DNA of 64,000 bases from assembly GCF_009914755.1 (NCBI RefSeq), contig NC_060944.1; one strand, written 5' to 3'. The notes beneath the pieces were generated by a model. That model was not told where the DNA came from. It searched no databases and worked only from the letters and a program-made list of their open reading frames with translations. A program made the position numbers and the translations under genes. Of this stretch, positions 14,420 to 28,049 are shown one piece after another. The DNA is from the human T2T-CHM13v2.0 reference genome, Homo sapiens. Numbering within the stretch: the stretch's first letter is position 1; each line of letters opens with the position of its first letter.

Positions 14420-15381
14420 GGTGGTTTGGAGAAAGGTGATACGGAGCCCATCCCTGCCCACACGAGGTGCTCACAGCTATTCCAACCACACTTGGGGCTG
14501 TTCATTGAGCCAGGACTGGAAGGAGATGATGGTTTGGACCCTGTGAGCCCAACTTCTGCTGTCCACAGCAGGCAGGAAAAGAGAGACTATTACCAAATCA
14601 TGGAAGATAGGATATTGGACAAGCAGCCCCAGAGAGATGGGCTGAAACAGGCCACTCAGCAATTCCTTGCTAAGACTTACAGATAGCCACGTACTGGTGG
14701 CTGTTCCAGATATCTTCTCTCTTATTCAGCCCATTCAGGGCTATACCACCTTGAAAAAGTCATTCCTTTGGAGCCAGGCAGAGTGGGGCCAAAAGGAGTG
14801 GTAACTCTACCAGGAAAACTTTGCATGCATAAGTTGACCAGTAGTCTCCTTGTAAAGGAAATGGAATCCAAGATGGCATGGTTTTGAATGGTGTGGTATG
14901 ATGAGGGATATTAGTAGATGCAGAAATATCTGGAATACAATGCCTGACTCATCGTTGGCACTCCATGAATGTTGGTTGAATATGCATTGCAATTTGTGTA
15001 ATGAAGGGCTTTCTATCTTTCTTTTTTTCTCGTTTTCTATTCTTGGTCTGTTCACATGAAATATTTAACTTGGATCTCTAGTCTAAAATTAAAAGCTCAG
15101 GTTAGAACAAGTTTGCAGAAATGAATCACATGCACTCAAGCAGTTCTTGCTTAGAATGGTTGACCACAGAAAGAAATCACCACTCATGAACATGATTCAA
15201 GGTCACAATAAATTGTTTTTCTTTGTTTCTGTCCCATTGATGATGGCCCTTGTTTCTAGGGAAAGGACTACCCTGGGGTTTCCCACCAACTGTGGCTTTT
15301 TATTCCTCCCTAGTCACTCATATTTATGAATCCCAAATTCCAGGCATCACCAAATAATTGTCTTTGTCACTTTATACTGCA

Positions 15382-15718
15382 TGCTGTGGTTTGACTATTT
15401 GTCTCTTCCAAAAGTCATGTTGAAATCTAATTGCCATTATAACAGTATTAAGAGGTATTAAGAGACCTTTGAGCGGTGATTAGTCTGCCTTCATGGGTGG
15501 AATTAATGCCATTATAAAAGGGGGAGTTTGGTCCCCTTTTGTCGCTTTGCCCTTCTGCCTTCCACCATCTGATGATGCAGCAAGAAGGCCCTTGCAAGAT
15601 GCCTGTGCCTTGATTGTAACCTCCCCGCCACCAGAACTCTGAAATAATAGATTTCTGTTCCTTACAAATTACCTGGTCTTCAGTGTTCTGTAACAGCAGC
15701 ACAAAATGGACTGAGATG
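15382..15718 (+). mobile_element. MaLR solo LTR (MSTD-like)
   Basis: tgctgtggtttga...catgttgaaatctaat...gcagcacaaaatggactgagatg; TSD ctgca/ttgca. Confidence 0.88.
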
Positions 15719-16974
15719 TTGCACATGGCTTTATAACCTGATGATTTTTCCTGAAATCAAGTGTTTCCAAGAAGTCTTGAACAGGGAGAAATGGTTGTGG
15801 GGAGGAGAGAATGAGGCAGTGGCTGGGAGACCCATGTCACACTCAATAGATCATCTCTATTTTCCTTGGTTGTAGGAGTGGGGTCACTGTGAGGGTCTGT
15901 TGCAAACCACATTGGACAGCTGGGATGGGTTATTTTTAATGGTGAGAGAGGAAGAACTTCCAAAGATAGAGTTCACGCCCACACTCTGCTGTGCCAGTTT
16001 AGACTTGGGGGTGGCTGGCAAAATGGGCCGGCAGTCCTAAGCCAGAACAAACAAGTCTCCAGGGCCAACCCAGGTGAGGGCTTTGGGTGGTGGCAGGTTC
16101 CATAATGCACATGGAACGAGCTCCATAGGGTTCTGCGTTCAGTTCCTTCTTTTTCAATGGGATTTACAGCAGGAAGGACACATTTCCTTTCTTATTTTGT
16201 CTTTTTTCTACCCAACTCCTGACCTTTCCCTCCCTCCAGTGACCCTGATAACTTTTCCCATCCCTCTCGCCGCTAATGGCAACCACTGGCTTCACAGCAC
16301 AGGGTGGGGTGGATGAGTGGAATTCATGTTTGGAAGCAGTTACACATAAACAGAGTAGGCAGCCCTTACGGAGTGTGGCTTTAAAATCTAAAAAGGCTGT
16401 GCATTCCCCAAACTTGGCCCTGCACAGACTGGCATGCTGCCTGCAATTCCCCCATAAGAATGAAGCATTTCTACAGAAAGCCCGTGTGAACATGCAGACC
16501 TGAGACCTGAAGTGGCAGTGCCTTCTCTGGGAGCAGTGGTGAGCTGAGACCTGGGATCAGCCTTGGTTAGTCAAAGGTTTCCTGTGCTGAGTGCTGTGTG
16601 CTACAGGTCTGAAGACCCCTGTTCAGGTGTTTTCTGTCCCTCTTCAGCCTGCTTCCCACCCTCTGGAGGGGCTCTAACAAACACATTCACACAGAGGGGA
16701 AATGACCCTGAGACCCTCTCCTAGGGGCCTTTGCATCTCAGCAGATGTTCAGGGCATAGGAGATGCTCTCATGCAGGATTTGTAGGACCATCAAAGAGGT
16801 GGGGGAAGAATTTTTGGTGCTATTGTTTGGGGAGATCCAGCCAGAGGGACCCTGACTTCTTTGCTTAGGTTTAAAGGCTGTCTCTTTTGGTGTCCCAGGC
16901 AGGATGGAACCCTGGAAGGCAAACCTTAGCATAATTCAATCTTGAGTGAGTGAGTGAGTGTGTGTGTTTAATGG

Positions 16975-17807
<833 letters not shown>

Positions 17808-18130
17808 CAAATGGTCTAAATATGCCAATTAAAAGAGATGGTCAAAGTGAATTAAAAAAAATACTCAACAATATGTTATATATAAAAACCCCACTTTAAG
17901 TATAAAGACTTATATAGGTTAACAGTAAAGGGTGGAGAAATATGTACCATGCTGACACTAACGAAAAGAAAGTAGGAGTAGCTATATTTATTTCAGACAG
18001 AGAAGACTTCAGAGCAAGGAAAGTTAAAAGGGAAAAGAGGGATATTACATAATGATAGTGGGGTCAGTTCTCTGAGAAGACATAATCCTCAATGTGTATG
18101 AGTCTAACAGCAGAGCACCAAGATGCTTGA
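17808..18130 (+). mobile_element. L1 ORF2 endonuclease N-terminal segment, inverted relative to flanking L1
   Basis: aaatggtctaaatatgccaattaaaaga...ggagtagctatatttatttcagacagagaagacttc matches the start of ORF2. Confidence 0.8.
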
Positions 18131-18134
18131 GACG

Positions 18135-20450
18135 TTGGTGTTAAAGTGATTACTGATGTGATTGGATTAATATCTACTATATTTATTACTGTTTTCTGTT
18201 AATTGTTCTTGTTCTTTATTTTTATTTTTGTCTTCCTCTCTTTTTATTCCTTTTATGGTTCTAATTGAATATTTTACATTATTCAACTTTCTCTCCTTTC
18301 TTAGGATATCAGTTATACATTTATTTAAAGCTTTTTTAAGTGGTTGCCCTAGAGTTTCAATATACATTTACAACTAATCCAAGTTCACTTTCAAATAACA
18401 CTATACCACTTCATGGATAGCGTAAGTACATTATAATAACAAAATAATGATATTTTCTTTGTCCCTTTTATCATTGCTGTCATCCCTTTCATTAATACAT
18501 AAGCATACATATGTAAGCATACACAATTGAATACATTGTTGCTGTTATTTTGAACTGTTATCTGTTAGATCAATTAAGAAAAATAAAACTTTTTATTTCA
18601 CATTTACCTATTCCTTCTCTGATGCTTTTCATTTCTTTATACAGATCCGTGTTTCTGAGCTATATCATTTTTCTCCTCTGTAAAGCACTTCTTTTAACAT
18701 TTCCTATAAGGCAGCTGTTAATACTTATAGGAAATTCCTCAATTTTTGTTTGTCTGAGAAAATCTTTATGTCTCCACTTTTAAAGGGTAATTTTGCAGGG
18801 TACAAAATTCTAGGTTGATGGATTTTTTTTTTCTCTCTCAACACTTCAAATATTTCATTTACTCTCTTTTTTCCCTTGATGAAGAGAAGTCAGATGTAAT
18901 TCACGGTTGATGAGAAGTCTGATGTAATTCTTATTTTTGCTCCTCTATAAGTCAGGCAGCTTTTTCCCTCTGGCTTTTTTCAAGATTTTTTCTTTGTCTT
19001 GGATTTTCTGCAGTCTGAATATGGCATATCTAGGTATAGTTTTGGGGGCATTTATCCTGCTTGGTGTCCTCTGCATTTCCTCGGTCTGCAGTTTGGTGAC
19101 TGACCTTAATTTGGGGGCAATTCTCAGTAATTATTATTTCAAATATTTCTTCTGTTCCTTTCTCTCTTTCTGCTTCTTCTAATAATCCCATTACATGTAT
19201 GTTACACCTTTTGTAGTTGTCTCAGTCCTCAGATATTTTATTGTTTTTTTTTCAGTCATTTCTTTCCACTTTTCTTTTTCCATTTTGGAATTTTCTATTG
19301 ACATATCTTCCAACTCAGGTTTTCTTTCCTTAACTGTGTCCAGTCTAGTAAGTCCCATCAAAGGCGTTCTTCATTTCTGATACAGTGCTTTTGATCTCAA
19401 ACATCTCTTTTTGATTCTTAGAATAATCATTTCTCTACTTACATTGCCCATATGTTCTTGCCTATTGTCTACTTTATCCATTAGAACCCTAAACATAGTA
19501 ATCAAAATTGTTTTAAATTCCTAGTCTGATAATTCAAAAATCCCTGCCATATCCAAATCTGGTTCTGATGCTTGCTCTATGTCTTCAGACTGTGGTGGTT
19601 TTTTTTGGTTTTTTTTTTTTGTCCTTTTAGTATGCCTTGCACTTTTTTCTTGAAAGCTGGGAATGATGTATTGGGTAAAAGGAATTCTGATAAGTAGGCC
19701 TGTAGTAATGTGGTGGTAAGGGGTCAGGGAGGGGAACTGTTCTTTATCCTAGGATTAGGTCTCAGTCATTTAGTGAGCTTGTGCCCCTAGGTGCTTCTGA
19801 GTCCACCCCAACTCCACTGTTAGGTGGAACAAAATGACTAGAGTAGAATGGAGTTGGGTATGTCCCTTCCCCCACATGGAAGCCTACAGGATGCTGAATT
19901 GGGCATTTCCCTTCCCTCAGTTCAGTCAGGCGCTGAAAAAATCCCAGTACTTTAAGCTCTAATAAAACAGTTTCTTTTAAGGACAGGCCTTGTTAAGAAG
20001 AACAGAATGCACTGGCCATTCTGGACAAAAAGTGAGTGGTTACTTTTTGTCCCCTCTGGATTTTCTCTGATACTTACTTTGAAAACCTGGTAGAGCTCCT
20101 GGAGCCAAAGCTCACAGGGGCTCCCCTATGACTGGGTGCCCCCTGGAGTTTTTAGCTCTCAGACTTGTCCACAGTGAACCCCCAGCAATTCGTCAGCGAC
20201 AGATTTTTCTATCCCAGGGCTGCTGTCTGCAGAAGTTTCTGGTCATGGGTTTTTGCTCTGGTAAGTTGTGATTCTGCGTATCCTCCTGTGTGTCTCCCCA
20301 AATTTGGGGCAGCAGTTTGCCCTGTGACCTCACTTATCTTGTAGATCTAAGAACAAACTGATCCTTCAGTTCGTTCAGCTTTTTACTTGTTGTTAGAATG
20401 GAGTGATGACTTCCAAACTCCTTATAATCCAGACTGCAAACCAGAAGTGC
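18135..20450 (-). mobile_element. Old L1 (L1MC/L1MD-type) inter-ORF, ORF1 and 5' end
   Basis: T-rich antisense ORF1 motifs (gagaagtctgatgtaattc, tgtgtccagtcta) ending at an L1M-type 5' terminus (...aaaccagaagt). Confidence 0.78.
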
Positions 20451-21419
20451 AGTGAATTTTTTATTTAGGGGAAGAGGAGAGAGCAGAAAGACCCCGAAAA
20501 CTTGGCCATGCTGCCTTACAGAGAGATTGATCCCAGGGTTTTTTATTATAAAGCAATCATTTCTGAAAGGAAAAATTGGCAGCTTCATGGTGATTTGCTT
20601 CACAGCCCACCTGTGAACTTCTGCACGTTTGTGATACCAAATGTCCACTTTGGAACGGGTTGTCTGCGTCTTCCATTAATTCTGTAGAACAAAGGTTCTG
20701 ATGGATGCTGTTGTGTGCAGGTATTTGGAAGATTTTCCAAGCAGTGTAGGAGTAGCAATTAAAAGAGTCTTGGCTTTGCAAGAAATCTCTTGTGGTTTTG
20801 CTTTAACTAGACAGGGGACTAGAGATGGTTCTTTCAACAGAAAGGTTTGAGCAATTAGGCCACTACCCAATCAGAGTGAAAATTTCCTGTGGGTCAAGAA
20901 CCTCGATGCTGTACACGAACTTAGGGTATGGTGTGAGGTGGGAACACAGTCTGGTGTGTTCTCATACATGGAGACTGTTTAAAATAATAAATGGTACCCA
21001 CAGGACCTGATTTAATTGCACCCTTTTAGCTTCATCCACAAATTGTAAGTGATTTTTTATTTGTTGCTATAGTTCAGTTTGTCTTCCAATTCCTATTACG
21101 ATTTCTTCTTTGACATATGAATTATTTCAAAGCATACTTTCTAAAATATGCAAACATGAGAATCAAAAGAGGAGGCACACCCTAAATTCCCAGCTGTGAA
21201 GCCCAGTCCTTTGGTCAGACCAATCGGCACAGTGCATGATGCCCAATAAATGTTTACAGAATGAATACACTCATGAAAGGACGGCATAGCCCTCAGTGTG
21301 AAAATTATTAAGAGGATGGGAAATGGATATTTATCAAGAGCCTGATTAGTGTAAGCTCTGGACCGGGCATATAACACAGAGCTTTATTTAATACTTGCAT
21401 TATCCCCATGAGATGAACA

Positions 21420-21510
21420 TTAAAGCACAGTAGTTAACAGCATGTTCCTCAAAATCAGATGGAATTCGAATTTCACTGCTTTTAGCCCAGATCATTTGGA
21501 AAGTTATCCA
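21420..21510 (+). mobile_element. MIR fragment (continues after MER21 at ~22150-22260)
   Basis: agcacagtagttaacagcatg...aaatcaga. Confidence 0.45.
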
Positions 21511-21524
21511 ACAATATGATCAGA

Positions 21525-22143
21525 GAGAACAGTCCACAAGCCCACCCTCACTTGTGATCCCAGCTGCAAGGTCAGGGTGTTACCAAGACAGCCCTCGGTT
21601 TCTATAATTTGTTAGAAGGACTCGCATAGCTCACTGAAACCTGTTATACTCACAGTCGCAGTTTGTCACAGCTAAAGGATTGAGATTAAAATCAGGCCAA
21701 AGAAAAAGAGCATAGGGCACACTCTGAGTAAGCTTCCACTGAAAGGACAACTTCCACTGTCCTCTCCCTACGGAGCCAGGAGCATTATTTTCTCAGCATC
21801 TATATGTGAAAATATGCACAGAGTATTGCCAACCAGGAAGCTCACCTGAGCTTCTATGTCCAGAGTCTTTATTGGAGTTCCATTACTTAGGCATGGTGGA
21901 TTGTCTACATGGCTGATGTCAATTTCTAGTCCCTCAGGAAGTCAATCTCATACTGGGTGACCTAAAACTCCACCCTAAATCACATTTTTTGCCATCTGGC
22001 TGGTCTAAGTCTCCCCACCCCAACCCCAGCAAGCAAAGACACTCCTATCAGGTATGACATTCCAAGGGGTTGGAGATCACCTCCAAGAGCCTAGGGTAAT
22101 GGTCACACCTCCCTTTAGGCAAGATTAAATTCTTTACCACACA
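21525..22143 (-). mobile_element. MER21-family LTR
   Basis: agaaggactc...ctcactgaaacctgttatactcac...gagtattgccaaccaggaagctcacctgagc...aaattctttaccacaca. Confidence 0.8.
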
Positions 22144-22499
22144 ATAATAGTCACGTAATGTTTTAAAGCTATAATTTTTATTCACCTGTGAAAAGAGAAC
22201 AAACACTGGCAGTCTTCAGAGACATCATTGTAGTTAAAGGATACATATTTAAAAAACTTAGCCGCTGATATTGTTATTTTCCTTTATAGAGGAATGAGTC
22301 TCGGCTATTAATTGGCAGAGTTGGCATCAAAGTTTATCATCATATTTTAAACCTCAATCTCTGTTTCCACCCCTCCTCCCTCTTAGTGTCACTGTGTCTC
22401 TATCTAGGCACTTGCTGGCAGCTGCATGCCCTGTGTCTGTTGTTCTGACAAAGGAAACAGGTTTCACTGTTTGGGACTCAGTGTGTGCCTCCCCTGTAT

Positions 22500-24150
22500 T
22501 CACATATTTAAAATTACTCTTCTAAATGAATTATTTAAACAACTCACTGAGCAAAAAAAGAAATCATAATAATATTGAAAAGATGGTTTAAAAACCTGAA
22601 CTATAACCAAAAAAATCAAATATCAACACTTACAGATGCAGCTAAAGAAGTATAGTAAATGAAGAGTTAATATTTTAAATGCTTATGTTAAGAAAGAAGA
22701 AAGGCTAGGACTTAACGAACTTAGCATGAACTTAAGAAGTTATTTTAAAAAGAAAAATAAATGCAAAGAAGTAGAAGAAATGAAACATCAAGTTAAAAAT
22801 AAAAATCCAAAATCTAGTAAATGTTTTATAATTTAGGGCATTAATAAAACTAAAAGTTGGTTCTTTGAAAATATTAATAGGCAAATATCTGGCTAGATCA
22901 ATCAATAAAAATGCAAAAACCAAATAAAGTAATATTAGAAAGAAAAGAGGAAAAACTACAACAGATGTAAAAAAACTAAAAACATAGGAAGAGAGTATAA
23001 GGAATAACTTTTTAAATCATAAATTAGAAAATAGATATGAAATGGATAAATTCTTTTAAAAATACCACTTAATAAAATGGACCTGAGAGGAAATAGATAA
23101 GTATTTTATAACTACACCTTGAAGAAACTGAATTAGTAGTTTAAAATTTTTCTTCAAAAATATACTAGACTCTGATGGTTTCAAAGTCAAATTCTATCAA
23201 GCATTTAAGTAATGGATAATTTCAAACATATGCAAACTATTTCAGATCATAGGGAAATAAAGAATATTTTCCAATGAATTTTATGACATGGGTGTAACTT
23301 TGATACCCATAGCAGGCAAGACATAAGGAAAGAAAAATTATTGACTAATCTCACTTGTGAACTTATTTGCAAGGTATTAAAAAATTACCAAGTTCAACTC
23401 AAGAAAATATTATCATGACCAAGTTGGTTTGATCCCAGGAATACAAGAAAGTTTAACATTAGAAAAGCCAATAACAGATTAAAGGATAAAGACCAAGTGA
23501 TGATCTCGATACATGCAGGAAAGGTAACTGATAAAATTACATATCTATTCATGATTAAAAGCTCTCAGAAAACTAGAAATAGAGAAAACTTCCTTAACCT
23601 GACATAAAGCATCTATAAACTGGCAAAATAAGTATGTCATCTCTCTCCCTTTCTGTTCATCATTGTTCTGGGAGTCTTAGCTAGTGAAGTAACCCAAGAA
23701 AAAGAAATACAAAGTATAAAACTAAAATGGAAGACACAGGACATTTTATACATTGTATATAACATTGTTTATGTGGGAAAACTTTACCAAGAGATATAAA
23801 AGAAAAGTTTGATAAATTAGGGGGATATAAAATGTTCTAGTATGGGAGGATAATATTGTAAGGACTCAAATTCTACCCAAATTAATCTCTAACATCTGTT
23901 TAATAATTTTTCTTTCTTGAGACTTCCATAGAATTACCTAAAGGTCTTTTAGAAGAACATCAAGAAAGAATAGCCAAGAAAAAAAGTTAAGAATTCTAAA
24001 GATTTCATTTATCCTGCAAATTAAGAAAAATTATAAAAACCTTGTAATTTAAATACTTTGTTCCTGGAATAATAGACAGAAATAGCAAGGTAGCCAAATA
24101 AAATGATTAAATGAGCTAATCAAAAGCATAAAAGGAGACATTCACAGTTG
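22500..24150 (+). mobile_element. Ancient L1M ORF2 remnant
   Basis: A-rich degenerate ORF2 motifs (gatgcagctaaag, ggttctttgaaaa, catgaccaagttggtttgatcccagg). Confidence 0.8.
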
Positions 24151-24340
24151 TGAGGGAGAATACAGTTTGGGGACCTGGGTTTATTTGGAAATGATATTAA
24201 AGTTTTACCTCATAAAATATGTTATTATGTGAAAAAAAATTAAAAAATAATTTGTAGAGTATAATCTCATTTTTATAAAAATAGTTAAAATTAAATTTGT
24301 ACACATACAATCACAGAGACTCTAAGAATAAAAGAAAATA

Positions 24341-24751
<411 letters not shown>

Positions 24752-25702
24752 TTACCAAAAATACCAATTTGAGGTATGGCCTTGTCTCTGTCATGTTTTG
24801 GGCATGGTTTAGACAGAGTTGCCTTGTCTGAATATTGGCTGATTAAAAAACTTGCCTTCCTGGTTAGTTATTTCCAGGTAATGTAAATGTAAGTACTTCT
24901 AGCATATACACTGAGAGATTTTTAAAAACATTCCAAATATCTGGAATTCACTTTTTCATTTGTATCATAAAGACATTAAATATGAAATTGTGGTCCCCAA
25001 ATTTATTTAAATACTCTTCTAAAAATACTTGCACTACATTATTTTAAACAGTTAACAACAAAACCATCAATGGATTTTCATGCAAAACAACAATCAGTTA
25101 TGCTTCAGTTATATAGAAATGTATCTATTCAAAATAGCCTATTCCCCAACCGTGTCGGACCAACCAGGATTACCACCTGCGGTTACACACACGCTTTCTT
25201 TCCACCACTTTTTCTAAATTGCTGCATGGCTTTACAAAGTTATTTTTTCAAGCTGAAATTTTCCATTCTTGGTCCTCTACCAAAGGTGATTTCACTTGGA
25301 AAAGATTGAAAAAATGTATAGCCCAAAGTGTTCAGTCATTTTTGCAGTTCTGTAAGGCCGAAGAAAAATACTCTCTCTATTTGAAAACCAATTTAAAAGG
25401 CTTTTCTCTTACGCAACAGTAACTCTAAGTGGCTTGTCTGGGGAGATTTAATAGTTGCAACCCACCAGTACCCAAACAGCAGTTTTATCTTTAGAAATAG
25501 CCTGTTGTTGACCTCAATGCTCTGCTTTCTTTATTCCTTCCTTTTTGCAGTTTTTCTAAAAGAGAAAGTATAGTGTAGTGAGCAGTGCTAGAAGCTGGAG
25601 TTAGAAGCTGCTTCTGAGTTGGAGTGTTAAAATGCACTATCTGACCTTGCACATACCACGCGAAGTCTGGTGTGTGTTTTGCAGAAGGAAAATGGTTCTT
25701 AC

Positions 25703-25768
25703 CCCTGCTGGCCATGGTGAGCATAATAGGAGACACATATAAGAAAGCTCACTGGATCTGGCCAAGCT
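25703..25768 (-). other. Candidate 66-nt exon
   Basis: Minus strand: tttcatttcacag| ... CAGGG|gtaaga; contains ctcaccATGG; motif evidence only. Confidence 0.35.
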
Positions 25769-26554
25769 CTGTGAAATGAAAGCGAGTCACACTGTGAGGC
25801 CAACCACCTGAAAGGTGTCCCGGCATCCGTCTAATGGCTGGCTTAGGCTGAAAACCCTGTGTAAGCAGCATTTGCCTTGTATTATGAAAAACAATAAAGA
25901 TAAACCAGTAAAATAAACTCCTCAGGAACAGAGTACAGTGAGCATTACATTGGAGGTTACTCTTAATGGGTGGTTCAACTTTATTTGACTGAACCTCACT
26001 TAGATGGTGTGACAGTCCCCAGGCTGTTGTATATAGTCACACAGGTTGTGCACTGCAAAATTCTAGGGGGTCTGCCTTCCCGATCCCATTTGCCAGTGGA
26101 GAAGAGCACTGACTGAGAATCGGAGAGGGAAGAAAACGCAGTTGCAATATGAATGTATACAAAATTTTACATTAGAAAATGATGCTCTAGACCCTTAAAA
26201 TAACACAGTAATTTTATTAGACATACCTTGGGATTTGATTGCAAGTTATTCTAATAAGACAAGTTCAAGGGAAGCACAGCTAATAAAGTGATACTGAGCA
26301 AGTAAATTCAGAGGGAGTTACATAGATATCTGCTTTAACAATAAGAAAATGGATATCTTGTTACTCCAAATGCATATGTATCTTAAGGCCTGATAGCTGA
26401 CAACAGTGGGCCCAAACCACTTGTGATGAAAATATGTACCTGTCACTACCTACGGTAGGGTTAAGCAAACAGATAGATAATTAAATAAAACCAAGAAAAA
26501 CGTGAAACTATAAGGCAAGAAGTGCCTTAATTTGAAACTCTAACCAACTCAAGG

Positions 26555-26716
26555 CAATAATAATAACCAGACATTTACATATTGCCTACTGGGTGCTGGG
26601 CACTAGTCTCTACATTTTGCAGATATTAACATCTTTAGGCCCTACAATACTCTATGAGGTGGGTATTATTTTCTCTGTTTTACAGGTGAAGACGCTAAGA
26701 CACAGAGAGGTTAAAC
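26555..26716 (-). mobile_element. MIR
   Basis: ctatgaggtgggtattattttctctgttttacaggtgaagacgctaagacacagagaggttaa. Confidence 0.8.
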
Positions 26717-26734
26717 AGTAGCATTGCTGGGTTT

Positions 26735-26960
26735 CTTCCATGGCCACCCAGTAGTATTAATATCATGCCCTTTGCCCTGTAACTTTGTAGTCCCCACCCA
26801 TTCTGAATATTGGGCTGGTCTCATGACTTGCTTTGTTTAATGGAATACAGCAGAAGTGAGAACAAGCCTGGGCTAGTCTACTGGAAGATGAAGGAGGTGA
26901 AGGAGAGCCAAGAGGCAGCCAAGCCCACTGAAGCTGAGCCACTCAATTCTTAATCACCCC
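26735..26960 (+). mobile_element. MLT1-type LTR fragment
   Basis: gggctggtctcatgacttgctttgtttaatggaatacagcagaagtga. Confidence 0.55.
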
Positions 26961-27307
26961 CAGCACTGAGGATGCAGAGAACAGAGTGCCCCTGATGCCT
27001 ACGTGGGAGGAACTCTGCAATCACAAAGTGTGAGCCATATTTCAGAGAACACCAAATCTGAATCCTCAGAACAACCTAGTCACACATTAGAATACTAGGA
27101 GGCCAAGTACTGGTCATTAGCCCTTATTCATACATTAAAATGTTTAGAATTATGCATCAGTTGCTTATAAGAACTGGGGCCAGTTCTACAGAAAGTGCTG
27201 GAAACTTGGTGACTGGGTGTCTTTGTAATTTTTATCCAGTAGGTAAATGGATTGAAGCAGTTTCAGAGAGTTGTCATTGGTAAAGAAACAATGGTTACTC
27301 CTATCAG

Positions 27308-27517
27308 TGAGAAAAGCAAAAATAAAAAGAGAGTCTTTATTTTGGTGGTTGAGGTATGGCTTTGTCTCTGTCGAGTTTTAGGCGTGGTCACAGAGTAGCC
27401 TTTTCTGATTATTGCTTATATTCTGTGAAAGTTATTTATGTTCAGTTGGGAACATTTTGCTTCAGCCTAGTTGTTAGCTGTTGGCTGCCAGCTGTTGGAA
27501 CCATTTTTACTTTCTCA
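27308..27517 (-). mobile_element. Ancient ERV LTR fragment (MER90-like, family uncertain)
   Basis: Minus strand begins TGAGAAAG and contains gaacataaataactttcacagaat...cagaaaaggctactctgtgacc. Confidence 0.5.
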
Positions 27518-27992
27518 CAATCACTTTGTGACCCATAGGGAGGTCTCTGATAAAACCAGGAAGTGGCCTGAGAGCAGTGCATTCTGGGGTTGATTGTATG
27601 CAGGTATTGCCTCAGTGGTCCAGAGAACCAGGTAGGAGGATGAATAACTGTGGGAGCAAAAGGGAGAGGTTACTGGGAATGGGGAATTTGATCAGGAGCC
27701 TACACAGCAACCTTACCCTTGGCTATGGTTCTGAGAGGTGGCCTCAAATGCCAAAGAAGTGAGTGGTAGGAAAGATGTAGACTACCTGTGGAGAGAAAGG
27801 GAGTCAAGCCGGCCAGGGAAGAGGGAAATGGGACCTATGGGAAAAGTTGAGCAAAACTCCAAAAGGAAGTGGTATGTCCAGAAGATGCAGGGGACAGGCC
27901 TGCTCTCAAAGTGGTCACCAGCAGTATCCTGAGGACATTTTTCAGAAACCTTGTGGCATTCCCAGCAATGTGCATAAAAGCAGGGCTTGTAC

Positions 27993-28043
27993 TACATTGG
28001 TGCAAAAGTAATTGTGGTTTTTGCCATTATGCACCAACCAAAT
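27993..28043. mobile_element. Internally deleted MADE1 (Hsmar1 MITE)
   Basis: ttggtgcaaaagtaattgtggtttttgccatt + tgcaccaacc match the mariner TIRs. Confidence 0.85.
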
Positions 28044-28049
28044 ACATAT

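Noticed and set aside
14426-14686. 86-aa ORF with protein-like composition
   Set aside because: Non-ATG start, no recognisable homology, no convincing exon boundaries
18877-18930. Short tandem duplication gagaagtc(a/t)gatgtaattc inside L1
   Set aside because: Ordinary slippage duplication within a dead L1
26020-26080. Possible MER91-like hAT fragment (also possible DNA-transposon bits at ~28390-28540 and ~46490-46560)
   Set aside because: Too short and degenerate to assign without a Dfam search
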